From: an uncultured Chlorobiaceae bacterium
GTDB taxonomy: Bacteria > Bacteroidota > Chlorobiia > Chlorobiales > Chlorobiaceae
Assembly: GCA_903840935.1 (NCBI GenBank)
Contig: CAIMHT010000040.1
Span: forward strand, 1,592 to 65,591
DNA length: 64,000 nt
Direction of reading: 5' to 3'
The notes beneath the pieces were generated by a model, which saw nothing but the letters and a program-made list of their open reading frames with translations, was not told the DNA's origin and did no database searches. Within the stretch, counting starts at the first letter, position 1, and each line of letters opens with the position of its first letter. Both the position numbers and the translations under genes were made by a program. Positions 49,430-59,130 of the stretch are shown here, piece after piece.

Positions 49430-50632
49430 ATGTTTGATGAAATAGAGTTTGACAAGATCAAGCGTTTGCCCAAGTATGTCTTTGCTGCAGTTAATGAGCT
49501 GAAAATGGCTGAACGGCGTGCCGGAGAGGACGTTATTGATTTTTCGATGGGTAATCCTGATGGCCCGACACCCCAGCACATCGTCGATAAACTGATTGAA
49601 AGCATCAATAAACCAAGGACTCACGGCTATTCGGTCTCAAAGGGAATCTACAAGCTTCGTGGTGCGGTGGGAACCTGGTACAAGCGCAAATATAATGTTG
49701 ATCTTGACCTCGATCGAGAGGTGGTTGCCACGATGGGCTCAAAAGAGGGCTATGTCCATCTTGTGCAAGCCATCACCAACCCCGGTGACCTTGCCATGGT
49801 GCCCGATCCCTGTTATCCCATTCACTCCCAGGCATTCATTCTTGCCGGTGGCAACGTTCATCGCCTGAAACTTGAACTGAATGACGATTTTACCCTTGAC
49901 GAAGAGGGCTTTTTCCGCAACATTGAAAAAGCGTTGCGCGAATCGTCGCCAAAGCCCAAGTATCTGGTGGTGAATTTCCCCAACAATCCTACAACGGCAA
50001 CGGTTGAGCTTCCCTTTTATCAGAAGCTGGTCGATATTGCCCGTCAGGAGCGCTTTTATATTATCAGTGATATTGCCTACGCCGAACTGACATTCGACGG
50101 CTACGTCACCCCTTCAATCCTTCAGGTGCCAGGAGCAAAGGATGTTGCCGTCGAGAGCTACACCCTCTCAAAAACCTACAACATGGCCGGATGGCGTGTC
50201 GGGTTCATGGTTGGAAACGCCAAACTGATTGGTGCCCTCGAAAAAATCAAGAGCTGGCTCGATTACGGTACCTTCACCCCCATTCAGGTTGCCTCAACCA
50301 TTGCGCTTACTGAAGACCAGAGTTGCGTTCAGGAGATCTGCGAAGTCTACCGCAAACGGCGCGATGTTATGGTCAAAAGTTTTATCAATGCAGGCTGGCC
50401 GGTTGTTTCACCCCGTGCAAGCATGTTTGTCTGGGCACAGATTCCGGAGCCATTTCGTTCAATGGGAAGCCTTGAATTCAGCAAGAAACTGCTTACCGAA
50501 GCAAAAGTTGCTGTCAGTCCCGGCATAGGGTTTGGTGCCTACGGTGATGACTATGTACGCGTCGCCATGATCGAGAATGAGGAGCGCATCCGGCAGGCCG
50601 CACGGAATATCAAAAAATTCCTGCGGGAATAA
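49430..50632 (+). CDS. Class I/II PLP aminotransferase (AlaC / LL-DAP aminotransferase-like)
   Basis: RLPKYVF, MGNPD, NFPNNPT, DIAY and SKTYNMAGWRVG motifs. Confidence 0.92.
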   Translation: MFDEIEFDKIKRLPKYVFAAVNELKMAERRAGEDVIDFSMGNPDGPTPQHIVDKLIESINKPRTHGYSVSKGIYKLRGAVGTWYKRKYNVDLDLDREVVATMGSKEGYVHLVQAITNPGDLAMVPDPCYPIHSQAFILAGGNVHRLKLELNDDFTLDEEGFFRNIEKALRESSPKPKYLVVNFPNNPTTATVELPFYQKLVDIARQERFYIISDIAYAELTFDGYVTPSILQVPGAKDVAVESYTLSKTYNMAGWRVGFMVGNAKLIGALEKIKSWLDYGTFTPIQVASTIALTEDQSCVQEICEVYRKRRDVMVKSFINAGWPVVSPRASMFVWAQIPEPFRSMGSLEFSKKLLTEAKVAVSPGIGFGAYGDDYVRVAMIENEERIRQAARNIKKFLRE

Positions 50633-50637
50633 CATGT

Positions 50638-50666
50638 TTAGGGGCACGTCATGGCGTGCCCCCCAC
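50638..50666. repeat. REP-like palindrome
   Basis: GGGGCACG-TCATGG-CGTGCCCC just after the stop codon, similar to GTAGGGGCACG..CGTGCCCCTAC-type REPs. Confidence 0.6.
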
Positions 50667-50761
50667 AATCGCCCAAATACACCATCATCCGTTCGGAAAA
50701 CACAGGCACGGCAAACCCGCAGGTATATGCTACGGCATCTTCCTTACCCCAATGTTGATAC

Positions 50762-50838
50762 CTCAAAAATCTACCCGATTACCTGCTGGATGGCTTCAAC
50801 AACCATGCCGGAGGAGACCAGGCTGGCGACGTCGCTTG
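50762..50838 (-). repeat. Degenerate duplicate of the 3' end of nnr (left island boundary)
   Basis: 72/77 identical to 55200-55276, with a 43-bp exact core (50796-50838 = 55234-55276). Confidence 0.95.
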
Positions 50839-50957
50839 TGGCAGGCAAATCTTGAAAGCATTGTTATCATGCCCTTGTTAACGCTCTTTTACGTTATCTT
50901 TCACTCTAACGTTATTGAGCTTAACCACCAATACCATAACGGAAAGGAGCCGATTCA

Positions 50958-52826
50958 ATGAGCAATTATGTATGGGGTTCGAGTTTGTCCCACCATGATT
51001 ATTTGCAGGCAAAGAGTTTTGTCAGTGATGTAACGTCAGCAACGCGCAACGCCGCCAAGAAGGTTTCAATGGATATCTCGCGCCAAACCCGCGATATCAT
51101 TGCATCAAATGAGTCGTTGCAGCGTGAGCATCTGGAGTTACTCAACGCTTCGACAGACCGGACAGTCGGCGCACTCAATGATGGGTTTGAAAGGCTATCC
51201 TATAGTATGGACGCTGGCTTCGACCGACTGTCCGAGGGTATTTCCGAGCTGAACGCCACCTTTCACTGGGGTTTCGGTGCAGTTCTCGCCTCGATCGGTC
51301 ACATGAATGATACCTTATCAGAGCTGGTGAAAATAGCCAAAACACCGGTACAGACCGTCGCCTTTGAACACTTCGAAATTGCTCGTGACGCTTTCCGCAA
51401 AAGGTTGTACCGTGAAAGTTTGGAAGAGCTCGACAAGGCGATTTTTGGTGATCACACCTCTGCCGGTTACAAGCTCGAATGGCGTTTTCATCAGATGAAG
51501 GGCACCCTTCAGCTTGGTTTTGCTGATTGCGACATGTCGCTCTATGATCTTGCAAAAGCTGAAGAATCCTTTCTGACCGCCGCCCGCTATGGCGAAACTG
51601 ATTATCCGCATGACGCAGGCCGTGCATTTCTCTCCGCAGGCTGGGCAGCATATTGCCAAGGTAAGATGAAACAAGCCCTTGCCCATACTGAGCAGGCAAT
51701 GGCACTGCATCCAGAAATAGGAGAGGTATTCTTCCAGGCATCCAAAGTACAGATGGCACTTGGTGACGTGGCGAGTGCGCTGCCCATGCTTGCCAAAGCG
51801 ATCGACATCGACCGCTTTTATGCGCTCAAAGCCGCCGGCGATGGTGATTTTCAGCAGCATGACGCTCAGTTAAGGAGTTTTCTTGATGCACTGCGCAAAG
51901 AAAAATACCGGCAGTGTGTGCCAAAAGTAAAAGCGGCTCTTGATAGGATCAAGGGGTTTGAACTTGCACCTGGAACTGAGAACCGGTTGCAAGCATTTTT
52001 GGATGAAGGTGCCAACTGGCCACTCATGGATATGCTGGAAGTACTGCAGAATCTCGATAGATTCAAACAGCTTGCGATTATGGTGAGAGTCAAGGGCGCT
52101 GGTAATCCCGTCAATACCAGGGAGACCTACACCGAGCAAGAGACCTATTACGAAGATGTGGTGATCACGCCAGGCGGTTTCTTTAAAAAGGCGGTGACTG
52201 AGAAACAAAAGAAAACTCGTATGGTTACAAAAAACAGAACGGTCACAACAAGTTCGTCTGGCAAGGAGGTCACCTACTTTGAGTTTTGCCCGATCCCTGA
52301 ACAAGACTACTATCTGGGCAAGTACCCGGTCACCCAGCAGCAGTGGGAGGCAGTTATGGGTAGTAACCCAAGCCATTTCAAGGGAGGTCGTCTGCCGGTA
52401 GAAATGGTTTCCTGGGATGATGCCCAGCTCTTCATACAAAAACTCAATCAGCTCTCCGGCAAAAAACATTACCGCTTGCCAACCGAAGAAGAGTGGGAGT
52501 ACGCCTGCCGGGCAGGAACCACTTCTGAATACTACTTTGGTGATGATGAGAGCCAATTAGGAGAGTATGCCTGGTACGAAGGCAATGCTGGTCGTACGAC
52601 ACATCCTGTAGGTCAGAAAAAGCCCAATGAATGGGGGTTATACGATATGGCTGGTAACGTCTGGGAGTGGACGGATAGTTGGTATGACAGCAGTCGTTCG
52701 TTCCGTGTTATTCGTGGCGGGAGCTGGGGCTGCTCTGCCGTGGGCTGTCGGTCGGCTAATCGGTACGACTTCCAACCCGACGTCCGGTACGACTACGTTG
52801 GCTTCCGCCTTGTTTTCGTCCCGTAG
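50958..52826 (+). CDS. TPR-like protein with C-terminal FGE-sulfatase (CLec-fold) domain; probable DGR target
   Basis: KYPVTQQQW, PVEMVSWDDA, RLPTEEEWEYACRAG, GLYDMAGNVWEW, RGGSW and GFRL motifs; helical TPR-like middle; RBS AAGGAG. Confidence 0.9.
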   Translation: MSNYVWGSSLSHHDYLQAKSFVSDVTSATRNAAKKVSMDISRQTRDIIASNESLQREHLELLNASTDRTVGALNDGFERLSYSMDAGFDRLSEGISELNATFHWGFGAVLASIGHMNDTLSELVKIAKTPVQTVAFEHFEIARDAFRKRLYRESLEELDKAIFGDHTSAGYKLEWRFHQMKGTLQLGFADCDMSLYDLAKAEESFLTAARYGETDYPHDAGRAFLSAGWAAYCQGKMKQALAHTEQAMALHPEIGEVFFQASKVQMALGDVASALPMLAKAIDIDRFYALKAAGDGDFQQHDAQLRSFLDALRKEKYRQCVPKVKAALDRIKGFELAPGTENRLQAFLDEGANWPLMDMLEVLQNLDRFKQLAIMVRVKGAGNPVNTRETYTEQETYYEDVVITPGGFFKKAVTEKQKKTRMVTKNRTVTTSSSGKEVTYFEFCPIPEQDYYLGKYPVTQQQWEAVMGSNPSHFKGGRLPVEMVSWDDAQLFIQKLNQLSGKKHYRLPTEEEWEYACRAGTTSEYYFGDDESQLGEYAWYEGNAGRTTHPVGQKKPNEWGLYDMAGNVWEWTDSWYDSSRSFRVIRGGSWGCSAVGCRSANRYDFQPDVRYDYVGFRLVFVP

Positions 52827-53031
52827 TCAGTTGGCAGCTCATTCCGGCTTTGCTTTGAGCGAGAGGGCAGTACCAACATTTTGGTGAGCGGAGGTGAGGG
52901 ACGAACCGCCGCACGCCAAAATGTTCTGGTAACAACCGACTACAGAACTGCCCGCCGAAGGTGGGCCGCCGCTTATTTGAAACGTGCCGATCTTTTGCAT
53001 GGTTATCAAACAGGCTTATCGCTTTACACTG

Positions 53032-53154
53032 ATGCAGATAAAACTTTTTACCGTACCCGTCGGTGACAACTGGAGCGCTCAACAAGAGATGAACACCTTT
53101 CTTCAGGGCAAAAAGAGCCGCCACCCATGCCCGGCCTTGGCAGGACGAGCCTGA
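53032..53154 (+). pseudogene. N-terminal fragment resembling the DGR-associated HRDC accessory protein
   Basis: MQIKLFTVPVGDNWSAQQEMNTFLQGKK followed by unrelated sequence and a stop; resemblance is from recall of the family N-terminus. Confidence 0.55.
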
Positions 53155-53305
53155 GAGCCGCTTCGAAAATGAGGGGCATTTTTTTTATAAAAAACTTCTG
53201 CTCTTCATAACTTGTCAAGAGGTAGTCCGGCTATATTGCCAATGCGGTCGTCTGCTTGCTCAAGGGAGTGTTGTACAATTGTAAAGATAATTTAAGGATA
53301 AAGTC

Positions 53306-54475
53306 ATGTTGATACAGTCCATCAGGCTAAAACAATTTTTAAGTTTTGGTGCGTCAACAGAGGAAATATCTTTAGGCCCTTTGAATGTAATCATAGGCCC
53401 GAATGGCTCCGGAAAATCGAATCTTCTGGAATCTATTGAGCTGTTGAAGAATGCGCCTGACCAGTTATTAAAACCGATCAGAGAAGGTGGAGGGGTCAGA
53501 GACTGGCTATGGAAAGGAGGAAGAGAGACGCCTGTTGCATCAATAGATGTTGTGCTCGCTTATCCCAAGGGTGCACAAAATCTCCGATATTTACTCTCAT
53601 TTACTGAGGTCGGTCAGCGCTTTGAGATTGTTGATGAGAAAATTGAAAATGAAAAACCTCAAACCAATAATCACTCTTGCGCGTACTTTTATTATCATTT
53701 TAATGGCGGTCGTCCAGCGTTGAATGTGAAGGGTGAAAAAAGATCATTACAGCAAGAGGATGTTGATCTTGAAAAATCCATCCTTTCTCAGCGACGTGAT
53801 CCTGATCAATATCCAGAAATAACCTATATAGGGCAGACTTTTAGCAAAATTCGCCTCTACCGTGAATGGAGTTTTGGTCGCTATACGGCACCTCGTCTAC
53901 CGCAGAAAGCTGATTTACCGAATAATTTTCTTGAATCTGATTCAAGTAATCTTGGCCTTGTACTCAATCGTTTAAAACGTGAGCCATTGGTCAAGAAGCG
54001 CCTCCTCAAGGCATTACAGTCTCTTTACGAAGGAATTGACGATTATGATGTTCAAATAGAAGGAGGGACAGTTCAGGTTTTTTTTCATGAGGGTCGTTTT
54101 ACGGTACCAGCAACCCGGCTCTCGGATGGAACGTTACGTTATCTCTCTCTTCTTGCAATTCTGTGTCATCCCGAACCACCTCCTTTGGTATGCATTGAAG
54201 AACCGGAATTAGGCCTTCATCCCGATATTCTTCCAACTTTGGCTGAGTTACTGAAAGAGGCCTCAGAGCGGACTCAGCTTATTGTTACCACTCATTCTGA
54301 TGTTCTTGTTGACGCAATGTCTGACCAGCCTGAATCAATTCTTGTTTGCGAAAAAGGTGATGACAATAGCTCACAGATCCGACGCTTGAATGCTGAGGCT
54401 CTTAAACCGTGGCTTAAAAAATACAGTTTGGGTGAACTCTGGACTCGCGGTGAAATCGGAGGTACACGATGGTAG
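53306..54475 (+). CDS. AAA_21-type ABC ATPase
   Basis: GPNGSGKSNL, LSDGTLR, IEEPELGLHP and TTHS motifs; C-terminal LGELW.RGEIGG. Confidence 0.93.
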   Translation: MLIQSIRLKQFLSFGASTEEISLGPLNVIIGPNGSGKSNLLESIELLKNAPDQLLKPIREGGGVRDWLWKGGRETPVASIDVVLAYPKGAQNLRYLLSFTEVGQRFEIVDEKIENEKPQTNNHSCAYFYYHFNGGRPALNVKGEKRSLQQEDVDLEKSILSQRRDPDQYPEITYIGQTFSKIRLYREWSFGRYTAPRLPQKADLPNNFLESDSSNLGLVLNRLKREPLVKKRLLKALQSLYEGIDDYDVQIEGGTVQVFFHEGRFTVPATRLSDGTLRYLSLLAILCHPEPPPLVCIEEPELGLHPDILPTLAELLKEASERTQLIVTTHSDVLVDAMSDQPESILVCEKGDDNSSQIRRLNAEALKPWLKKYSLGELWTRGEIGGTRW

Positions 54476-55108
54476 CTGTAAAATTAGTATGTAGAGGGTG
54501 GCGGCGATACCAGCCAATTGAAAACAGCTTGTCGTAGAGGATTTTCTGTATTTCTTAAAAAGGCTGGACTTGCCGATACAATGCCGAGGATCGTTGCTTG
54601 CGGGAGTTGTCAGGATGCCTATCAATCGTTCTGTATTGCTCTTGAAAATGGTAACAGCGCCATGCTGTTGGTAGATAGCGAAGCTCCGGTCAATGCTGAA
54701 TGTATGGAGGGAGAGCCTGAAAGCTGGAAACCTTGGCAACATCTTCAGAGCCGTGCGGGAGATTGCTGGGAAAAACCGGCAAAGGCCAGTGAACAAGAGT
54801 GCCACTTGATGGTACAGTGCATGGAAGCGTGGTTTTTAACTGATCGAGCATCGTTGCAGGAGTTCTTTTGTCAGGGGTTTCATCTCAAATCGTTACCGGC
54901 AGAAGGCTGCCTGATTGAATCGATTGCAAAAGAGAGCGTGTATAAGTCTCTTAAAAAAGCAACTAAAAGCAGCAAGTCCAAAGGAGAGTATGGTAAAGGC
55001 GACCACTTGTTCAAAATTTTGGAGATGATTGATCCCGTTAAAATCATGAAAGCCTCTCCGTGGGCACAACGATTTATTGATGAAGCAAAAAAGAAAATGA
55101 AGAGTTGA
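54469..55108 (+). pseudogene. DUF4276 (TOPRIM-like) protein with a +1 frameshift near the start
   Basis: ATG at 54469 overlaps the ATPase end. Removing G54487 gives MVAVKLYVEGGGD; downstream LLVDSE, MVQCMEAWF..D and YGKG motifs. Confidence 0.8.
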
Positions 55109-55187
55109 TGGTAATACAGATTAACAAAGGAAGGCAAAAATATAGTGGAGTCCCAAAAGTGAAGCAGCAAAGCTGCTGGTCAATTTG

Positions 55188-56771
55188 TTACTCTTCCCGC
55201 TCAAAAATCTCCCCGATTGCCTGCGGGATAGCGTCAACAACCATGCCGGAGGAGACCAGGCTGGCGACGTCGCTTGCGAGGTCTCCGGCTCTGCCGTGAA
55301 ACCATGCTGCGGCTGCGGCGGCGTTGACGGGGGAGGCCCCTTTTGCGGCTAATGCGACAATCATGCCGGAGAGTACATCGCCTGAACCGGCGGAGGCAAG
55401 TGCCTCGGTGCCGCTGGTGTTGAGGAGAGCTGGCCCCCCTGCAATTCCCGCAATAACGGTGGGAGCTCCTTTCAGAAGAACCGTCACCTGGTGGAGATCG
55501 GCAAAGCTTCGGGCGCACCCGATCGGGTCGGCGGCGATCTCCTCAATTTTTCGCGCAGTGAGTCGGCTGAACTCTCCGTAATGCGGTGTGAGCAGAACAT
55601 CTCTGCATTGGCTAAGCGCATTGGTCGTTCCGATAACTGAAAGGGCGTAAAGTGCATCGGCGTCGAAGATCAATTTTTTTGAGGTGACAATGGAATTTGC
55701 CAGCAGCTCCCTGACCAGTGCAATGGCCGCTTCGTCGCGTCCGAGGCCGCACCCTATTAAAATGGCATCGGCCCAGCGAGCCTTTTCAGCAATGGCGGCA
55801 AGATCCCTCCCGATAACAACTGCTTCGGGCACCGCAATGTGGATGACGGCGGAAAGCGAAATCGGCAAAGAGATGCAAACATATCCAGCGCCGCTTTTCA
55901 GGGCGGCTTTGGCGGAGAGAATGGCTGCGCCAACCATTGAGCTTTCGCTGGTTTGCGATCCGGCAATGATCAGCACCTTGCCGTTGGTATGCTTTGCGCT
56001 TGAGGGCTCTCTCAGTATGAACTGTTCAGCGGCAAACTCCTGGTCGATCAACAAACAGGAGGAGGGTTCAGCGAGAAAGCGGGGGATGGAGATTTCTGCA
56101 ACGTGCAGCTCTCCACAGCACTCCGGCCCTTCATTCAAATAGAAGCCTCTTTTCAGGAAAGCCATGGTAATGGTCATATCTGCGAGGATGGACGGCGTGG
56201 CCGAGTGGCCAGTTGTGGCATCAAGTCCTGATGGCACGTCAATGGCTATGAGCGGAGCACCCGTTCGGTCGCGGAGGGTGTTGAGCAGCTCAATACCTTC
56301 CGCAAGGGGTGAAGCAAGTGCCATCCCCGGTTCGCTGAGGCGGAGGCTGGTACCGGTAATGGCGTCGATGAGGGCATCGTAGCGGGTTTCGGCCACAAAG
56401 GGGAGTGCCTCGTCATGGCTGCTGAAGATGCGCAGCTCTGAACCGTGCTCTCCGTAGGCTTCAAGAATGGCGAGCCCCTCCTGATTAACGCCTTGCAGCA
56501 GTGATTCGGGGTAGAGGAGCACAAGATCGACCGAGGCTTCAAGGTTGAGGAGGTGGCGGGCGAGTACAAAGCCGTCTCCACCATTGTTTCCCTTGCCGCA
56601 GAGCAGAAGAAAAGAGCAACCGGCCAGCGACTCCTTTTGCAGACTCTCCTTGATAATGCGGAGGCATTCACGACCGGCAAGCTCCATAAGGCGGGTTTCG
56701 CCGATATGAAGCTCTTCAATTGCCGCCTTGTCGGCCCTTTGCATCTCTTGTGCGGTTACAACAGGCAGCAT
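55188..56771 (-). CDS. nnr: Bifunctional NAD(P)H-hydrate epimerase/dehydratase
   Basis: LMELAG, GKGNNGGDG, DVPSG, DADAL, LTPHYGEF and LASAGSGDVLSG motifs. Confidence 0.95.
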   Translation of the reverse strand: MLPVVTAQEMQRADKAAIEELHIGETRLMELAGRECLRIIKESLQKESLAGCSFLLLCGKGNNGGDGFVLARHLLNLEASVDLVLLYPESLLQGVNQEGLAILEAYGEHGSELRIFSSHDEALPFVAETRYDALIDAITGTSLRLSEPGMALASPLAEGIELLNTLRDRTGAPLIAIDVPSGLDATTGHSATPSILADMTITMAFLKRGFYLNEGPECCGELHVAEISIPRFLAEPSSCLLIDQEFAAEQFILREPSSAKHTNGKVLIIAGSQTSESSMVGAAILSAKAALKSGAGYVCISLPISLSAVIHIAVPEAVVIGRDLAAIAEKARWADAILIGCGLGRDEAAIALVRELLANSIVTSKKLIFDADALYALSVIGTTNALSQCRDVLLTPHYGEFSRLTARKIEEIAADPIGCARSFADLHQVTVLLKGAPTVIAGIAGGPALLNTSGTEALASAGSGDVLSGMIVALAAKGASPVNAAAAAAWFHGRAGDLASDVASLVSSGMVVDAIPQAIGEIFEREE

Positions 56772-56804
56772 GACAGGGTTCCTTTTTTCCCTCAACGGGA
56801 GGGG

Positions 56805-59087
56805 TTAGAGTTCGTCAAGATGGAGTGAGTGCTCAAGAGCGTGATAGTATGCTCCCGAGAGCTCCTCAAGGGTGAAATGAAGCAGTTCCTCTCCGTTCAT
56901 GGCGATGATGGCGTCATTTTCAACCACTTGTCCGATGACGCGAATGGGTACATGGCGCTCCATAGCCTCTGCTATCACCTCTTTTGCCTTTTCGGGGGAG
57001 ATGCTCACAATGACCCGTCCCTGCGCTTCCGAAAAGAGCTGCTGCTGGATGGAGCAGGGTGTGCTGTTTGCATTTTCCAAATCAACAGTGAATCCGAGAG
57101 GGGCTTCAGCGTTCATGATGGACTTTTCGGCAAGTGCCACAAAGAGTCCGCCGTCGGAAATATCGTGGGCGGAGTGCACCAGCTTTTTGGATGCAAGCGC
57201 CACAAGCAGATCCTGAAGGTTTTTTTCGTGTACCAGATCGATTGCTGGAGCATCCTGGCCGGGGGTACCGTACTGCATGACGAGGTACTCTGAAGCGTCA
57301 AGCGTAAGTTCCGGATAGCCCAGAAGAAGGATGGCGTCACCCGCAGTGGAGAAGGTTGAGCCCACAAGGTTGTCGATATCGTCAAGCAGGCCGATCATGC
57401 CGATGGTCGGTGTGGGGTAGATGGCCGTACGGAGGCCGCCGATGAAGGTTTCGTTATAGAAGCTGACGTTGCCGCCGGTGACCGGGGTATTGAAGGCCCG
57501 GCACGCTTCGCCCATGCCCTGAACCGATGTTTTGAACTGGAAGTAAACCTCAGGTTTGTAGGGGTTACCGAAATTGAGGCAGTTGGTTATGGCCAGTGGT
57601 CGAGCGCCTGAACAGGCGATATTTCGGGCACATTCCGCAACGGCAATTTTGCTGCCAGCCAGCGGGTTCAGATAGACGTACCGGGCGTTGCAGTCGGTTT
57701 TCATGGCAAGCCCTTTGCGTGATCCCTTGATACGGATAACAGCCGCATCGGTATGGCCTACCGGCGTGACGGTGTTGGTCTGCACCATGGAGTCATACTG
57801 GCGATAGACCCACTGCTTGCTTGCAATGTTGGGGCGCGAAAGCAGTTCAAGGCTGATTGCATGGAAATCGAGAGTATTGTCCGCTTCAAGTTGTGCGACA
57901 GGGGTGTCCGGCTTTTTTTCGATGGCTTCGCGGATATAGACGGGTGCGCCTCCTCCAAGTACCAGCGTTTCGGCTGGAATTTCGGCAACAACTGCGCCAT
58001 GCTGTGAGACCCTCAGCATGTTGTCGCTCGTTACCCGTCCGATGGTGACGGCAAGGACATCCCATTTGCTGTAAACCGCAATGATCTTTTCTTCAAAACC
58101 TTTTTCGGCGACAATCAGCATCCGTTCCTGCGACTCGGAGAGCATGATTTCGTAGGCGCTCATTCCTGCTTCGCGAATCGGGACAAGGTCAAGGTCGATC
58201 TCTATGCCGCCTGATCCGGTTTTTTCGATCCCGCGGGCGCTCATTTCGGAGGTTGAACTGGTGATTCCGGCTGCACCCATATCCTGCAGGCCAACAATGT
58301 AGCCGGTGGCAATGGCCTCAAGGGTCGCTTCAAGGAGCAGTTTTTCGGCAAAAGGGTCGCCAACCTGAACGCTTGGCCGTTTGTCTTCGGATGCTTCGCT
58401 GAGATCTTCGGAGGCAAAGGTTGCGCCGTGAATGCCGTCCCGTCCTGTTGAGGAACCGACAATCAGCACAGGGTTGCCTTCACCGAGGGCGGTAGCGCTG
58501 ACGGTTTTGTGGTGCTCAACGATGCCGACCGACATGGCATTGACCAGCGGGTTGCCGGTATAGCCCTCTTCAAAATAGATTTCGCCACCAATGGTCGGTA
58601 CTCCGAATGAGTTGCCGTAATCGCCGATGCCACGCACCACGCCGTCAACAAGGTAGCGGACATGGGGATCTTTCGGTGAGCCGAAGCGGAGCGAGTTGAG
58701 TGATGCCACCGGGCGTGCACCCATGGTGAAAATGTCGCGGTGAATTCCGCCAACGCCGGTCGCTGCTCCCTGGTAGGGTTCGACGGCGGAGGGGTGGTTG
58801 TGCGATTCGATTTTAAAGGCGACGGCAAGGTTGTCGCCGATATCGACCAGACCGGCGTTCTCTTCACCGGCACTGGTCAGAAGGGCTCCGCCGTCGCGGG
58901 GAAGGGTTTTGAGTACCGCTATGGAATTTTTATAACTGCAGTGTTCCGACCACATGACGGAAAAAATCCCAAGCTCGGTAAATGAGGGGGTTCTTCCGAG
59001 AATGGTACATATTTTGCCATACTCTTCACTATTCAGGCCATGTTCAGCGGCAAGGGCAAGGGTGACTTCAACTTCAGTATGTTTCAT
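56805..59087 (-). CDS. purL: Phosphoribosylformylglycinamidine synthase subunit PurL
   Basis: [23 protein letters not shown] and GGNVSFYN motifs. Confidence 0.98.
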   Translation of the reverse strand: MKHTEVEVTLALAAEHGLNSEEYGKICTILGRTPSFTELGIFSVMWSEHCSYKNSIAVLKTLPRDGGALLTSAGEENAGLVDIGDNLAVAFKIESHNHPSAVEPYQGAATGVGGIHRDIFTMGARPVASLNSLRFGSPKDPHVRYLVDGVVRGIGDYGNSFGVPTIGGEIYFEEGYTGNPLVNAMSVGIVEHHKTVSATALGEGNPVLIVGSSTGRDGIHGATFASEDLSEASEDKRPSVQVGDPFAEKLLLEATLEAIATGYIVGLQDMGAAGITSSTSEMSARGIEKTGSGGIEIDLDLVPIREAGMSAYEIMLSESQERMLIVAEKGFEEKIIAVYSKWDVLAVTIGRVTSDNMLRVSQHGAVVAEIPAETLVLGGGAPVYIREAIEKKPDTPVAQLEADNTLDFHAISLELLSRPNIASKQWVYRQYDSMVQTNTVTPVGHTDAAVIRIKGSRKGLAMKTDCNARYVYLNPLAGSKIAVAECARNIACSGARPLAITNCLNFGNPYKPEVYFQFKTSVQGMGEACRAFNTPVTGGNVSFYNETFIGGLRTAIYPTPTIGMIGLLDDIDNLVGSTFSTAGDAILLLGYPELTLDASEYLVMQYGTPGQDAPAIDLVHEKNLQDLLVALASKKLVHSAHDISDGGLFVALAEKSIMNAEAPLGFTVDLENANSTPCSIQQQLFSEAQGRVIVSISPEKAKEVIAEAMERHVPIRVIGQVVENDAIIAMNGEELLHFTLEELSGAYYHALEHSLHLDEL

Positions 59088-59130
59088 AGCTCCTTTCGGG
59101 GTGGTTCATTTCAGTGTGAATCATGATGGT

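Noticed and set aside
50700-50750. c-di-GMP-I riboswitch suggested by GGCAAACC
   Set aside because: The rest of the consensus is missing; more likely a degenerate REP fragment.
52827-53305. Template repeat or reverse transcriptase of a complete DGR
   Set aside because: No second copy of the variable region and no RT motifs seen anywhere in the window.
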